A stretch of 64,000 nt of DNA from Clostridia bacterium. Its GTDB lineage: Bacteria; Bacillota; DULZ01. Below the pieces are notes generated by a model. The model saw nothing but the letters and a program-made list of their open reading frames with translations. It did not search any database and was not told the origin of the DNA. The position numbers and the translations under genes are program-made. The DNA lies in assembly GCA_012840125.1 (NCBI GenBank), contig DULZ01000092.1, positions 38,284 to 102,283 on the forward strand. Reading direction: 5' to 3'. Below, one piece after another: positions 27,145 to 37,444 of this stretch; position 1 is the first letter of the stretch; every line of letters starts with the position of its first letter.

Positions 27145-27887
27145 TGCTGTTAAAAGACAAAGTGGCGGTTGTGACGGGAAGCTCCAGGGGTATCGGTCGA
27201 GCTATCGCGCTGGCCCTGGCGGAGGAAGGATGCCATGTAGTCATCAATTATGTAGGCTGCGAAGCCCAAGCCAAAAGCCTGGCGGCGGAAATCGAAGCAC
27301 GAGAGCGCCAAGCCCTGGTGGTAAGGGCCGACGTCAGTGACCGGAACGAAGCCGGCCGCCTGGTGGACAGTGCCTTGCAAGCCTTTGGGCGCATTGACAT
27401 TTTAGTCAATAATGCCGGCATTACGCGGGATAACCTGCTGTTAAGAATGAGCCCGCAGGATTGGGACGCGGTGATCCAAACCAACTTGACCGGGGTTTTT
27501 AATTGTACGAAGCTGGCGCTCAAACCCATGCTCAAGCAGAGGTGGGGAAGGATCATTAACATTGCTTCCGTGTCTGGCATCGCCGGCAATCCCGGACAGG
27601 CGAATTATGCCGCGGCGAAAGCCGGGATCATCGCCTTTACCAAATCAGTGGCCAAGGAGGTGGCTTCCCGCAATATCCTGGTCAATGCCATTGCGCCCGG
27701 CTTCATTGCTACCGACATGACCGGGAAACTGCTGCAGGAGAACGAGGAAAAGCTGCTGGCTTCGATTCCGGTAGGGCGCTTGGGCCGGCCGGAAGAAATA
27801 GCGGGAGTGGCGGTTTTCTTAGCCTCCGAAAAGGCTAATTATATTACGGGCCAAACAATTGTAGTAGACGGTGGTTTAACAATATAG
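27141..27887 (+). CDS. fabG: 3-oxoacyl-ACP reductase
   Basis: SDR family (TGSSRGIGRA, NNAG, YAAAK). Confidence 0.9.
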   Translation: MMLLKDKVAVVTGSSRGIGRAIALALAEEGCHVVINYVGCEAQAKSLAAEIEARERQALVVRADVSDRNEAGRLVDSALQAFGRIDILVNNAGITRDNLLLRMSPQDWDAVIQTNLTGVFNCTKLALKPMLKQRWGRIINIASVSGIAGNPGQANYAAAKAGIIAFTKSVAKEVASRNILVNAIAPGFIATDMTGKLLQENEEKLLASIPVGRLGRPEEIAGVAVFLASEKANYITGQTIVVDGGLTI

Positions 27888-27923
27888 TAAACTTTGGAAG
27901 AATAGTAATATCACCGGAAGGGG

Positions 27924-28166
27924 GTGAATCTTTTGTCCACGGTTTTTGAGAAAATTAGAGCCATCGTGGTTGAGCAGCTGGGTGTGGAAGAAGACGAGGT
28001 AACCATGGAGACTACTTTCGAGTCTCTTAATGCCGACTCTTTAGATGTGGTGGAACTGGTGATGGCCTTGGAAGAGGAATTCGGGATCGAAATTCCTGAT
28101 GAAGATGCCGAAAAACTTGTTACCGTAAAAGCTGCTGTAGACTATGTTACGCAAAAGATTAGCTAA
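27924..28166 (+). CDS. acpP: acyl carrier protein
   Basis: DSLD phosphopantetheine-attachment motif ([19 protein letters not shown]). The real start may be TTG 27933, 7 nt after GGAAGGGGG. Confidence 0.9.
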   Translation: MNLLSTVFEKIRAIVVEQLGVEEDEVTMETTFESLNADSLDVVELVMALEEEFGIEIPDEDAEKLVTVKAAVDYVTQKIS

Positions 28167-28172
28167 CCTTGT

Positions 28173-28200
28173 GTCCCGTAGTCTATCTACGGGATTTTTA
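28173..28200 (+). terminator. hairpin + U-tract (partial terminator or attenuator) after acpP
   Basis: CCCGTAG-TCTAT-CTACGGG followed by ATTTTTA. Confidence 0.5.
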
Positions 28201-28236
28201 CTAAAGTTCAGTTAATAAATGTTTGGGGGAATGACG

Positions 28237-29193
28237 ATGCCGCTTCCAAAGTTGCGAATAGGTCATTTAGAGGCTAAACTGCCCATTATTCAAGGTGGGA
28301 TGGCCGTCCGCATCTCTACGGCGCCTTTGGCCGCTGCTGTGGCAAATGAAGGTGGAATTGGCCTCATTGCCGGTACGGGTATGACTGTACCGGAATTAAT
28401 CCAGGAAATCAGGCGGGCCAGGCAGCTCTCCAAAGGCATTATAGGCGTCAATGTGATGTTTGCGGTGCGGGAATTCGCAAGCTTGGTGGGGGCGGCACTC
28501 GAGGAAGGCATTGACCTGATTGTCTCGGGAGCAGGTTTTTCCCGGGACATGTTCCAGTGGGGTAAGCATTATCAAACACCGGTGGTACCCATTGTATCGT
28601 CCCCACGCTTTGCCAAGCTGGCGGAAAGCCTGGGCGCCGGCGCCGTCATTGTGGAAAGCGGGGATGCGGGGGGACACCTGGCCACTTTGGAGCCATTGCG
28701 CAAGATCTTACCAGCGGTGCGAGAGGCCGTCAAGATCCCGGTCATTGCCGCCGGGGGCATCTTCAGCGGGCACGATATTCTGGATGCTTTAGCCATGGGT
28801 GCAGACGGGGTTCAGATGGGAACCCGTTTTGCAGCCGCGAAGGAATCCAATGCTTCCGAAGCATTTAAACGTCTTTACCTGGAGGCCACGGAAGAGGACC
28901 TGGTGTTGATAGACAGCCCAGTCGGGCTGCCTGGTAGAGGTATCCGCAGCGAATTGGTGCGTCGCTTGGAAAAGGAACAACAACTACCGCCGCGGCAGTG
29001 CAGGCAATGTCTAAAACGATGCTCGCGCCGCTTCTGTATTAAGGATGCCCTGGAGAAGGCGCAAAGGGGTATTGTCCAGGAAGGTTTGTTCTTTGCGGGA
29101 ACCAAGGTCAGCCAGGTCAAGGAGATTCTATCGGTGAAAGAAATATTCCAAAGGATCTTGTCGGAGATAGAGAGTATAGGCGAAAGGAGGTAA
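28237..29193 (+). CDS. second FabK-like / nitronate monooxygenase-family FMN oxidoreductase with a C-terminal Cys cluster
   Basis: NPD-family motifs ([24 protein letters not shown]) plus a C-terminal [13 protein letters not shown] cluster that the first paralog lacks. GGGGGA RBS 6 nt before ATG 28237. Confidence 0.7.
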   Translation: MPLPKLRIGHLEAKLPIIQGGMAVRISTAPLAAAVANEGGIGLIAGTGMTVPELIQEIRRARQLSKGIIGVNVMFAVREFASLVGAALEEGIDLIVSGAGFSRDMFQWGKHYQTPVVPIVSSPRFAKLAESLGAGAVIVESGDAGGHLATLEPLRKILPAVREAVKIPVIAAGGIFSGHDILDALAMGADGVQMGTRFAAAKESNASEAFKRLYLEATEEDLVLIDSPVGLPGRGIRSELVRRLEKEQQLPPRQCRQCLKRCSRRFCIKDALEKAQRGIVQEGLFFAGTKVSQVKEILSVKEIFQRILSEIESIGERR

Positions 29194-29197
29194 ACCT

Positions 29198-30439
29198 GTG
29201 AAAAAGCGGGTAGTGATTACCGGCATGGGTGTGATCTCGCCTGTGGGCACAGGGGTTGACGCCTTTTGGGACTCCTTGATTAACGGGCGTTCCGGGTTGG
29301 GACCGGTTACTAATTTTGATGCATCGAACCTGCCCACCAGGATTGCGGGAGAAGTGAGGGATTTTGACCCGCTGCAGTATCTGGACAAAAAAGAAGCCAG
29401 GCGCATGGATCGCTTTACCCAGTTTGCCCTGTCTGCTGCGCAAATGGCCGTTGCCGACGCCCGGTTGGAAGTTGATAGCGTAGATAAAGAGAGATTGGGT
29501 GTCGTCTTAGGAACCGGCATCGGTGGTACCTGGACTTTCGAAGAACAGCACCGGGTGCTGTTGGAACGGGGCCCCAGTCGAGTCAGTCCCTTTTTCGTGC
29601 CGATGATGATCGCCAATTTGGCTGCAGGCCAGATTTCCATTTGGCTTAAAGCCCTCGGACCCAATTACACGGTGGTAAGTGCCTGCGCTTCAGCTACCAA
29701 TGCCATCGGCGAGGCCTTTAAGGTCATTCAAAGAGGTGATGCTGATTGTGTCATTACCGGCGGCACAGAGGCGGCCGTTACACCCATGTCCATGGCCGGG
29801 TTCTGTGCTATGAAGGCCATGTCCACCAGAAATGACGATCCCCAAGGCGCGTCCAGACCCTTTGATAAGGAACGAGATGGTTTTGTCTTAAGCGAAGGAG
29901 CCGGTATCCTGGTGCTGGAGACTTTAGAGCATGCCCAGAAGCGAGGTGCCAGGATTTATGGAGAGCTGGCCGGCTACGGTTGCACCGCCGATGCATACCA
30001 CATTACCGCCCCGGCCCCAGACGGTTCCAGGGCGGCGCGGGCCATGGAGTTAGCTTTACAGGATGCGGGAATTCTACCGGCTGAAGTTGACTATATTAAT
30101 GCCCACGGCACCTCCACGGACTTAAACGATAAACTGGAAACCCTGGCCATTAAGAAAGTATTCGGTGACCACGCTTACCGGGTACCTGTCAGCTCTACCA
30201 AATCCATGACCGGTCATTTGCTGGGAGCGGCCGGTGCGGTGGAAGCCATTGCTTGTGTGCTGGCGATTAATCGCGGCATCATCCCGCCGACCATTAATTA
30301 TGAGAACCCGGATCCCGAGTGTGACTTGGACTACGTCCCCAATCAAGCTCGCCGGGCTCAGGTTGAGGTAGCTCTGTCTAATTCCTTCGGTTTTGGGGGG
30401 CATAATGCAACTATTGTCATCAAAAGTTTTCGGCAATAA
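29198..30439 (+). CDS. fabF: 3-oxoacyl-ACP synthase II
   Basis: A 413-aa protein with the Cys-His-His triad context ([18 protein letters not shown]). Confidence 0.9.
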   Translation: MKKRVVITGMGVISPVGTGVDAFWDSLINGRSGLGPVTNFDASNLPTRIAGEVRDFDPLQYLDKKEARRMDRFTQFALSAAQMAVADARLEVDSVDKERLGVVLGTGIGGTWTFEEQHRVLLERGPSRVSPFFVPMMIANLAAGQISIWLKALGPNYTVVSACASATNAIGEAFKVIQRGDADCVITGGTEAAVTPMSMAGFCAMKAMSTRNDDPQGASRPFDKERDGFVLSEGAGILVLETLEHAQKRGARIYGELAGYGCTADAYHITAPAPDGSRAARAMELALQDAGILPAEVDYINAHGTSTDLNDKLETLAIKKVFGDHAYRVPVSSTKSMTGHLLGAAGAVEAIACVLAINRGIIPPTINYENPDPECDLDYVPNQARRAQVEVALSNSFGFGGHNATIVIKSFRQ

Positions 30440-30459
30440 TGTTTGGAGGATTTTAACTC

Positions 30460-31179
30460 ATGCTGGCTGTACGGTTAAAGCATCTGCAGGAATTGGCTGA
30501 GAAACTATCGGTCAGAATGAATGCTTGGGAACTATTAAACGAAGCGTTGACCCACCGGACTTATACGGCGGAACATCCCGGCCAGAGGTTGAGGGACAAC
30601 CAGCGCCTGGAATTCCTGGGCGATGCCGTATTGGGTATGATCGTGGCGGATTATCTTTTTTCCCGTTTTCCCGATAAAGCAGAAGGAGATTTAACTCGCA
30701 TGCGGGCGGCGGTGGTTTGTGAAGCGGCGCTGGCCCGCTTGGCATTCAAGTTGGATTTGGGGAAGTATCTCCTGTTGGGCAAAGGAGAGGACTTGTCCGG
30801 CGGTCGCTACCGTGCCTCCACCTTAAGTGATGCCGTGGAAGCCATCATCGGAGCCGTGTTTCTTGACCAGGGTTTGGAAAAAACAAAGGAAATGGTACTT
30901 GCCTTTCTAAAAGATGAGATCGAGGAAGTGGCCCAAAGAGGCAGCAGGGATTTCAAAACCGCCTTGCAGGAACTGGTTCATCGCCTGTACGAGGATGTCG
31001 TTACCTATGACGTGATTCAAGAGACGGGGCCTGATCACAATAAACGATATGAAATGGGAGTTATTATCAAGGGAATTCTGGTAGCTACCGGCAAGGGCCG
31101 GAGCAAGAAGGAAGCAGAACAACAGGCGGCGGAAAAGGCGCTTAATAAACTCAAAGCTAAATATAAATTGGAAATATAG
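30460..31179 (+). CDS. rnc: ribonuclease III
   Basis: ERLEFLGDAVL catalytic signature and a C-terminal dsRBD. Confidence 0.9.
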   Translation: MLAVRLKHLQELAEKLSVRMNAWELLNEALTHRTYTAEHPGQRLRDNQRLEFLGDAVLGMIVADYLFSRFPDKAEGDLTRMRAAVVCEAALARLAFKLDLGKYLLLGKGEDLSGGRYRASTLSDAVEAIIGAVFLDQGLEKTKEMVLAFLKDEIEEVAQRGSRDFKTALQELVHRLYEDVVTYDVIQETGPDHNKRYEMGVIIKGILVATGKGRSKKEAEQQAAEKALNKLKAKYKLEI

Positions 31180-31392
31180 GGCGCAACGGTGCCTCAACCG
31201 GTTCATGAACAACACCGGTAACCGGTGTTAATCGTGGGATTCAGGTGACGATCCGGGGATAAGCCGGGTCGCCCCCGGGTGTCTCCCATCGGCACTTGAG
31301 GGTGTTCAGGGATTGGCGTTTTTCCCCGGGCTCCCTCAGTTCAATTCTGCCTTTACGGTTGACACCGCTTGCCCTTTTTTGTTTACGGTCTT

Positions 31393-31416
31393 AGGCGCGG
31401 GTGCGCCTATTTTTTT
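31393..31416 (+). terminator. intrinsic terminator ending the rnc downstream noncoding region
   Basis: AGGCGC-GGGT-GCGCCT followed by ATTTTTTT. Confidence 0.6.
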
Positions 31417-31482
31417 ACAAAGATCCGGCTGTCGTGTTAAAATATTAGAGTGATTGGAAAAAAGCCGCTGGAGGTTAGAGGG

Positions 31483-34400
31483 TTGTTTCTAAAGTCCATC
31501 GAAATTCAAGGTTTTAAATCCTTTGCCGATAAAGTACGTTTGGAATTCGGTCCCGGTATTACCTGTATCGTGGGGCCTAACGGCAGCGGGAAAAGCAACA
31601 TCTGTGACGCGATTCGCTGGGTGTTAGGGGAGCAGAGTTTGAAAGCTTTGCGGGGCAGCAAATGGGAGGACATCATCTTTAGCGGCAGCGAGGGACGGAA
31701 GCCCCTGGGCATGGCCTCGGTCACCCTGGTTTTTGATAACAGCACCGGGCTCCTGCCTTTGGATTTTAGTGAAGTAACGGTCTCCCGCCGGGTTTATCGT
31801 TCCGGCGAGAGTGAGTTTTATATTAACAGAGTTCCTTGCCGCCTCAAAGACATTCACGAATTGTTTCACGACACCGGGTTGGGGAAAGAGGCTTTTGCCA
31901 TCATTGGGCAGGGGCAAGTAGACGCCATTCTCAGTTCCAGGCCGGAAGAGCGCCGGGCTTTGTTCGAGGAAGCGGCCGGTATCGTTCGCTATCGCAACCG
32001 GAAGGCAGAAGCAACCAAGAAGCTGGAACACACCAGTGCCAATCTGGACCGGCTGCAGGACCTGCTGTTTGAGTTGGAGCAAAACTTAATCCCTTTAGAG
32101 GAGGAGGCCTGCAAGGCCCAGCGGTATCAGGCCTTGAGTGAAGAATTGGCGGCTTTGGAGATCAGCTTGTCTTGCCTGGACATGGAACGAATAGCCGGCG
32201 CCCGGCAAAAAGTAGGGGAGGAGAAAGCGGCTCTAGAGCAAGCTCTCTGGCAAAAAGAAACCGATTACAGCCTTTTGGCCGGTCGTTTGGAGGAATTAGC
32301 TCTTGCACAGCAAAAACTCAAAGAACAGGAACAAGCCCGGCAAGGGGATTTGTTTCGCCTGGAGCAGGAACTGCAACACACCCAAGGGCAAATGGTATTG
32401 ACCCAGGACAGGCTCGCGTCCCTAAAGGAGCGACAGGAGTCCATCCGACAAGAAAGACAGCGCAACCTGGCGAAGCTGGAGCAACTGGAGTTGGAGTACC
32501 GGGAGTACAAGAAGCAGCTTGACACTTTGGCCGGTAGTTATGAAGTGCAAAAAGGGCAGCTGGCCGGCCGGGAGGAGCAGCTGGATGCTTGCCAGCAGGA
32601 CCTGGCCCGTTGTCAAACCACTGCCGCTCAATTGAAGAACGATCTCTTTGACATAGAACAACATCTCCTTTCCTGTCAAAACTCCTGTTTGGAAATCCAG
32701 TATGAATTGAAAAACCTTAATCACCAGGAACAAAAACTGGCCCACAGCGAGATAGCTTTTGAACGGCAGCAAAAGGAACTGCAGGAGACTATAGCGGTCA
32801 TCAGCAATAAGATAGCCGCCGGCAAAGAACAATTAGAAGCGCACCGGGAGCGGTACCGGCAAGTTCTCACCGGTCAGGGGGAAACCCAGCGGTATATCGC
32901 GGGCATCCAGGAGCAATTGAAGCAGTTGGACCGGAAAATGCATGCCACCCTCTCCCGCTGCAAAGTGCTGGAAGAAATGAAAGAGAACCTGGAAGGGTAT
33001 CACGGGGGCATTCGCAACCTGCTAAAAGTGGGCATGAAAACCGGGGCTTTCAAGCTGGCCGGCGTGGTGGGGGAACTGCTGGAGGTGCCTCCTGCCTATG
33101 AAAAAGCGATTGAGACTGCCCTCGGCGGCGCCATCCAGTATTTAGTGGCGGAGACAGATGAGGAAGCCCGGAAAGCCATTGATTGGTTAAAACGAGAAAG
33201 AGCAGGCCGGGCGACTTTTTTGCCGTTGAATACTTTGCAGCCCCGGAAGTTTCCCCGGGGTTTTCTCCCCCTGTTAACCGGGGCGGGAGTGATAGGGCTG
33301 GCCTCGGAACTGGTAAAGATCGCACCGGGGCAGGAACCGGTGCTCGAATACTTATTAGGTAACGTGGTGGTGGTCAAGGACCTGAGCGTGGCTTTATCCA
33401 TTGCCAGGAAAAGCGGTTATGCGGTGAAAGTGGTGACCCTGGACGGGGAAGTGGTGTACCCGGGAGGATCCCTTACGGGAGGCAGTTACAAAACCAGGGA
33501 AACCGGTTTGTTGGGCCGCAGCCGGGAAATAGCTGAACAGAAAAAGATATTGGGTGATCTCAAAGCCCAGGAAGAAGAATGGCTGGCAAAACTGCATCAA
33601 GCTGAAACACAGCGGGAACGGCTGCAACATGAGGAGGAAGAATTGAGGGCCAGGCAAAGCCAGCTGGAGTTGGAAATCCTCAATCTGGAAAGGGAGCAGG
33701 AAAGGCTGCGGCAGGACTTGGCGCAAGAAGAGCAGGCATGGCAGCACAGGGCCTGGGAAAGGGAGCAGCTGCAGGCGGCCCAAAGGAGTTTGCTGGAAAA
33801 ACTGGCCGGGCTGGAGCAGGACAGGGAGCAAACGGGGCGGCGCAAGGATGAGTTGCTGCGTCTTCTGGAAGAGACTACTAGGAAAGAGGCCTCTTTGCAG
33901 GAAACCATAAAACAGTTGAGTCAGACAGTAACGGAAGATAAAATCCGGTTGGCTGCTCTAAAAGAACAGTTAAAATCCCTGGAGAATTCCATCAATCACT
34001 ATGAAGGGAATTACCGGGAACTACAGCAAAAGGATCAAGCTTTGGCGGACGAGTTAGGCCAGTTAGAACAAAAGGCAGAGGGGCTCATGGCTTCTTTGGC
34101 AGCTTTGAAGGAACAAGAAATCAAACTGCAGCATGAGTGGCGTGAGTTGGAAAAAAGCCGGCAAAGCCTGACGGTCCACGGGCAGGAAGTCCATCAAGAG
34201 CTCCAAGAACTGCAAAAGGAAACCGGCCGGCTGGCCAGGGAATTAAAAGAATTAAAGGAGCGGCAGCATCAACTGGAGGTGCAGCAAACCAGGCTGGATG
34301 TGGAATGGGATAACGCCGTGCTGAGGCTGAAGGAGAAATTCCAGCTTACCTGGGAGCAGGCCCAGGCCCAGCGGGTGCCGCTGCCGTCACGAGGACAAGC

Positions 34401-35052
34401 GGAAACAAGAATTAAATCCTTGAAAAAAGAGATTGAGGCCCTGGGTTTGGTTAACCCGAACGCTTTGGCGGAGTACCGGCGCATGAAAGACAGGTATGAC
34501 TTCTTGACGCTGCAGCAAAAGGACCTCCTGAAAGCGCGGGATGGACTGTTTCAAGTAATCCAAGAGATGGAAAGAATCATGAGTCTCCGTTTTAAAGAAA
34601 CACTCCGGGCGGTGGAACAAGCTTTTCAGGAGACCTTTGCTTACTTTTTTGGCGGCGGCAAGGCAACCCTGGCGCTGACGGTGCCGGACAATCTTCTGGA
34701 GAGCGGGATCGAGATTGTGGTGCAACCCCCGGGCAAAAAGATGCAAAACCTGTCCTTGCTGTCCGGCGGGGAGAGGGCCCTCACCGCCACGGCTCTTTTG
34801 TTTGCCCTGTTAATGGTCAAGCCCAGTCCCCTGTGCGTGTTGGATGAAATAGATGCCAACCTGGATGAAGCCAATGTGGACCGCTTTGCCGGTTACTTGC
34901 GCAAGTTTATCGATAAAACCCAGTTCATCCTGATCTCCCACCGGCAAGGCACCATGGAGTCCGCCGACGCCCTGTACGGGGTGACCATGGAAAAATCAGG
35001 TGTTTCCAGGCTTGTATCCGTAAAGCTGGCGCCGGCCGGTGAAGTTGGTTGA
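31483..35052 (+). CDS. smc: chromosome partition protein Smc
   Basis: A ~1190-aa protein with an N-terminal Walker A (GPNGSGKSN), long coiled coils, a hinge, and a C-terminal ABC signature (LSGGE) plus Walker B (LDEIDANLD). Likely TTG start 31483 after GGAGG (the ORF-track GTG is at 31450). Confidence 0.9.
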   Translation: MFLKSIEIQGFKSFADKVRLEFGPGITCIVGPNGSGKSNICDAIRWVLGEQSLKALRGSKWEDIIFSGSEGRKPLGMASVTLVFDNSTGLLPLDFSEVTVSRRVYRSGESEFYINRVPCRLKDIHELFHDTGLGKEAFAIIGQGQVDAILSSRPEERRALFEEAAGIVRYRNRKAEATKKLEHTSANLDRLQDLLFELEQNLIPLEEEACKAQRYQALSEELAALEISLSCLDMERIAGARQKVGEEKAALEQALWQKETDYSLLAGRLEELALAQQKLKEQEQARQGDLFRLEQELQHTQGQMVLTQDRLASLKERQESIRQERQRNLAKLEQLELEYREYKKQLDTLAGSYEVQKGQLAGREEQLDACQQDLARCQTTAAQLKNDLFDIEQHLLSCQNSCLEIQYELKNLNHQEQKLAHSEIAFERQQKELQETIAVISNKIAAGKEQLEAHRERYRQVLTGQGETQRYIAGIQEQLKQLDRKMHATLSRCKVLEEMKENLEGYHGGIRNLLKVGMKTGAFKLAGVVGELLEVPPAYEKAIETALGGAIQYLVAETDEEARKAIDWLKRERAGRATFLPLNTLQPRKFPRGFLPLLTGAGVIGLASELVKIAPGQEPVLEYLLGNVVVVKDLSVALSIARKSGYAVKVVTLDGEVVYPGGSLTGGSYKTRETGLLGRSREIAEQKKILGDLKAQEEEWLAKLHQAETQRERLQHEEEELRARQSQLELEILNLEREQERLRQDLAQEEQAWQHRAWEREQLQAAQRSLLEKLAGLEQDREQTGRRKDELLRLLEETTRKEASLQETIKQLSQTVTEDKIRLAALKEQLKSLENSINHYEGNYRELQQKDQALADELGQLEQKAEGLMASLAALKEQEIKLQHEWRELEKSRQSLTVHGQEVHQELQELQKETGRLARELKELKERQHQLEVQQTRLDVEWDNAVLRLKEKFQLTWEQAQAQRVPLPSRGQAETRIKSLKKEIEALGLVNPNALAEYRRMKDRYDFLTLQQKDLLKARDGLFQVIQEMERIMSLRFKETLRAVEQAFQETFAYFFGGGKATLALTVPDNLLESGIEIVVQPPGKKMQNLSLLSGGERALTATALLFALLMVKPSPLCVLDEIDANLDEANVDRFAGYLRKFIDKTQFILISHRQGTMESADALYGVTMEKSGVSRLVSVKLAPAGEVG

Positions 35053-35103
35053 CGAGCCTCACCCGTTGCATCCCTTTGCTTCTCATGCTAAAATGATACG
35101 ACT

Positions 35104-36039
35104 ATGGACGAGGGGGTTTTATCATTGGGATTTTTTGATAAATTGAAAGCGGGATTAACCAAAACCAGGGAGGGTTTGGTCAGCAAAGTTAACTCTTTAA
35201 TTTCGGGACATAAGCAAATCGATGAGGAATTCTTTGAAGAACTGGAGGAGATCCTCATCCAGAGTGACGTGGGCGTGGACACCTCCTTGAGCCTGGTGGA
35301 ACGAGTTAGGCAAACCGCCAAGGAGAAAAAGGCCACCAGCGGCGAGGAAGTCAAGGAAATCCTCAAGGAAGAGATCAAGCAAATCCTTGCTGCGGCAAGC
35401 CATAGTATCAACCTGCAGCCGAACTCCCTCACAGTAATCCTGGTGGTGGGCGTGAACGGTGCCGGGAAGACTACCACCATTGGCAAACTGGCTGCCGGTT
35501 TTGTCAAGGACGGGAAAAAGGTGGTGCTGGCGGCGGCGGATACCTTCCGGGCGGCAGCCATTGAACAGCTGGAGGTGTGGGCCCAGCGGAGCGGGGCCCA
35601 GCTGATCAAACATCAAGAAGGCTCTGACCCGGCGGCGGTAGCGTTTGACGGTTTGCAGGCAGCCAGATCCCGCGGGGCGGACGTGTTGTTGATTGATACC
35701 GCCGGTAGGCTGCAGAATAAGAAGAATCTCATGAATGAATTGAATAAAATCGTGCGGGTACTGAAGCGGGAAATACCGGAAGCTCCCCACGAAGTATTGC
35801 TGGTCCTTGATGCTACCACCGGGCAAAACGCTTTATCGCAGGCCTTGATCTTTAAGGAAACCGCCAGTGTAACCGGAATCGTCCTAACCAAGCTTGACGG
35901 GACCGCCAAAGGAGGGGTTATCATCCCGGTGGCGGATCAGATGAGCATCCCGGTGAAGTACATCGGCGTCGGGGAAGGCATTGACGATTTAAAGCCTTTC
36001 CAAGCGGGAGAGTTTGTGGAGGCCTTGTTTGCTGAGTGA
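35104..36039 (+). CDS. ftsY: signal recognition particle receptor FtsY
   Basis: SRP GTPase NG domain (GVNGAGKTTT, DTAGR, TKLDGTAKGG). Confidence 0.9.
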   Translation: MDEGVLSLGFFDKLKAGLTKTREGLVSKVNSLISGHKQIDEEFFEELEEILIQSDVGVDTSLSLVERVRQTAKEKKATSGEEVKEILKEEIKQILAAASHSINLQPNSLTVILVVGVNGAGKTTTIGKLAAGFVKDGKKVVLAAADTFRAAAIEQLEVWAQRSGAQLIKHQEGSDPAAVAFDGLQAARSRGADVLLIDTAGRLQNKKNLMNELNKIVRVLKREIPEAPHEVLLVLDATTGQNALSQALIFKETASVTGIVLTKLDGTAKGGVIIPVADQMSIPVKYIGVGEGIDDLKPFQAGEFVEALFAE

Positions 36040-36067
36040 GAATCTTTGCCGAAGGAGGGCTAAACCG

Positions 36068-37372
36068 ATGAGTAAAATTTTGATCAAAAACTGTGTGGTA
36101 GTGCCGGTGGATCCGGAACTGCCGGAGGATGGGGCCCTTTCTTATCCCGGCGAAATAGCCGTGGACGGCTCCGAGATCGTATATGTGGGGCCGCCTGGTA
36201 CGACCCCAGGGGATTTTGCGCCGGACCGGGTCATCGATGCCGCCGGCAAAGTTGCCCTGCCGGGCTTCATCAATGCTCACACCCATGCCGCCATGACCCT
36301 TTTCCGGGGATTTGCCGATGACCTGCCTTTGATGGAATGGCTGAATAACCGGATCTGGCCTTTAGAGGCGAAGCTTACGGCGGAAGACATTTATTGGGGT
36401 ACGAAGCTGGCCATCCTGGAAATGCTCAAAGGAGGCATTACCGCTTTTGCCGACATGTATTTCTCCATGGACCGGGTAGCGGAAGCCGTTTGGGAAAGCG
36501 GGATGCGGGCCTCCCTGGCCAGGGGGTTGGTCGGGGGCGAAAGGGGTGGGCAGTCCATGGCCGAGGCGGAGGAATTGCTGGTCCAGTGGCAAAACCGGGG
36601 CGCAGGGCGCATTACTTTTATGTTGGGTCCCCATGCTCCCTATACCTGCTCGCCTGATTTCCTGCGGCTGGTGGTGGATAAAGCCAAGGAGCATCACCTG
36701 GGGTTACATATTCATTTAGCAGAAACGATGGCGGAAGTAGAGGATATCAAGAAACGTTACGGTAAGCGCCCGGTTGAACTGGTGCACGACATTGGCCTCT
36801 TTGAGGTGCCGGTCTTAGCTGCCCATTGTGTACATTTGACAGAGCATGAAATAGAGATTCTCAAAGAAAACCATGTGTCCGTAGCCCATAACCCGGAAAG
36901 CAATATGAAGTTAGCCAGCGGCATCGCCAGGGTACCGGAGATGCTGAACCGGGGCGTCAATGTGGCTTTAGGAACGGATGGGGCGGCCAGCAATAATAAC
37001 CTGGACTTGTTCGGGGAAATGCGGACCGCCGCGCTGCTGCATAAAGTGGACAAACTGGATCCCACCGTAGTTAATGCTTATCAAGTGCTGCAGATGGCTA
37101 CGGTTAACGGGGCGAAAGCTCTGGGCTTGGACCGGGTCGGCAGCCTGAAGCCCGGTTATAAGGCGGACCTCATCCTGGTGGATTTTGAGAAACCCCATCT
37201 CTACCCGCATCATGATGTCGTCGCCCACCTGGTGTATGCCGCCCAGCCCGGCGACGTGGACCTGGTCATGGTTGATGGACGAGTCCTGGTGGAAAAGGGC
37301 CGCGTCCTGACCATGGATGAAGAGGAGATTTATCAAAGAGTTAAGGAATGCGTGCAAAGGATTGTCGGATAG
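36068..37372 (+). CDS. amidohydrolase, 5-methylthioadenosine/S-adenosylhomocysteine deaminase-like (MtaD/chlorohydrolase family)
   Basis: Metal-binding HxH (INAHTHAAM), HLAE, and an Asp in GTDGAASNN. GAAGGAGGG RBS before ATG 36068. Confidence 0.75.
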   Translation: MSKILIKNCVVVPVDPELPEDGALSYPGEIAVDGSEIVYVGPPGTTPGDFAPDRVIDAAGKVALPGFINAHTHAAMTLFRGFADDLPLMEWLNNRIWPLEAKLTAEDIYWGTKLAILEMLKGGITAFADMYFSMDRVAEAVWESGMRASLARGLVGGERGGQSMAEAEELLVQWQNRGAGRITFMLGPHAPYTCSPDFLRLVVDKAKEHHLGLHIHLAETMAEVEDIKKRYGKRPVELVHDIGLFEVPVLAAHCVHLTEHEIEILKENHVSVAHNPESNMKLASGIARVPEMLNRGVNVALGTDGAASNNNLDLFGEMRTAALLHKVDKLDPTVVNAYQVLQMATVNGAKALGLDRVGSLKPGYKADLILVDFEKPHLYPHHDVVAHLVYAAQPGDVDLVMVDGRVLVEKGRVLTMDEEEIYQRVKECVQRIVG

Positions 37373-37383
37373 TAACGGTGGCT

Positions 37384-37412
37384 CTTGACATCTGTAGGCC
37401 AATCCTGTAAAA
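37384..37412 (+). promoter_or_regulatory. consensus sigma-A promoter (TTGACA - 17 nt - TAAAAT) for the ylxM-ffh-rpsP cluster
   Basis: Hexamers at 37384-37389 and 37407-37412. Confidence 0.6.
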
Positions 37413-37414
37413 TC

Positions 37415-37442
37415 GCTCTGTAAAGGCAAAATACTTTACAGA
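37415..37442 (+). promoter_or_regulatory. perfect 10-bp inverted repeat CTCTGTAAAG-N8-CTTTACAGAG overlapping the predicted +1 and the ylxM RBS
   Basis: Read directly. It lies between the -10 box and the start codon, and its right arm contains the GAGG Shine-Dalgarno. Confidence 0.5.
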
Positions 37443-37444
37443 GG

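Noticed and set aside
31180-31420. Possibility that the rnc-smc spacer is SRP RNA (ffh and ftsY are nearby), 6S RNA or a tRNA.
   Set aside because: No SRP domain-IV motif (GGAAGCAGCC-like), no tRNA T-loop (GGTTCGAATCC-like) and no cloverleaf could be found by eye. It is kept only as an unclassified structured RNA candidate.
36068-37372. Amidohydrolase between ftsY and ylxM as a possible novel nucleoside-modifying or defence deaminase.
   Set aside because: The motif set (HxH, HLAE, D) and length fit the common MtaD/SAH-deaminase chlorohydrolase family. There are no partner genes or unusual domains.
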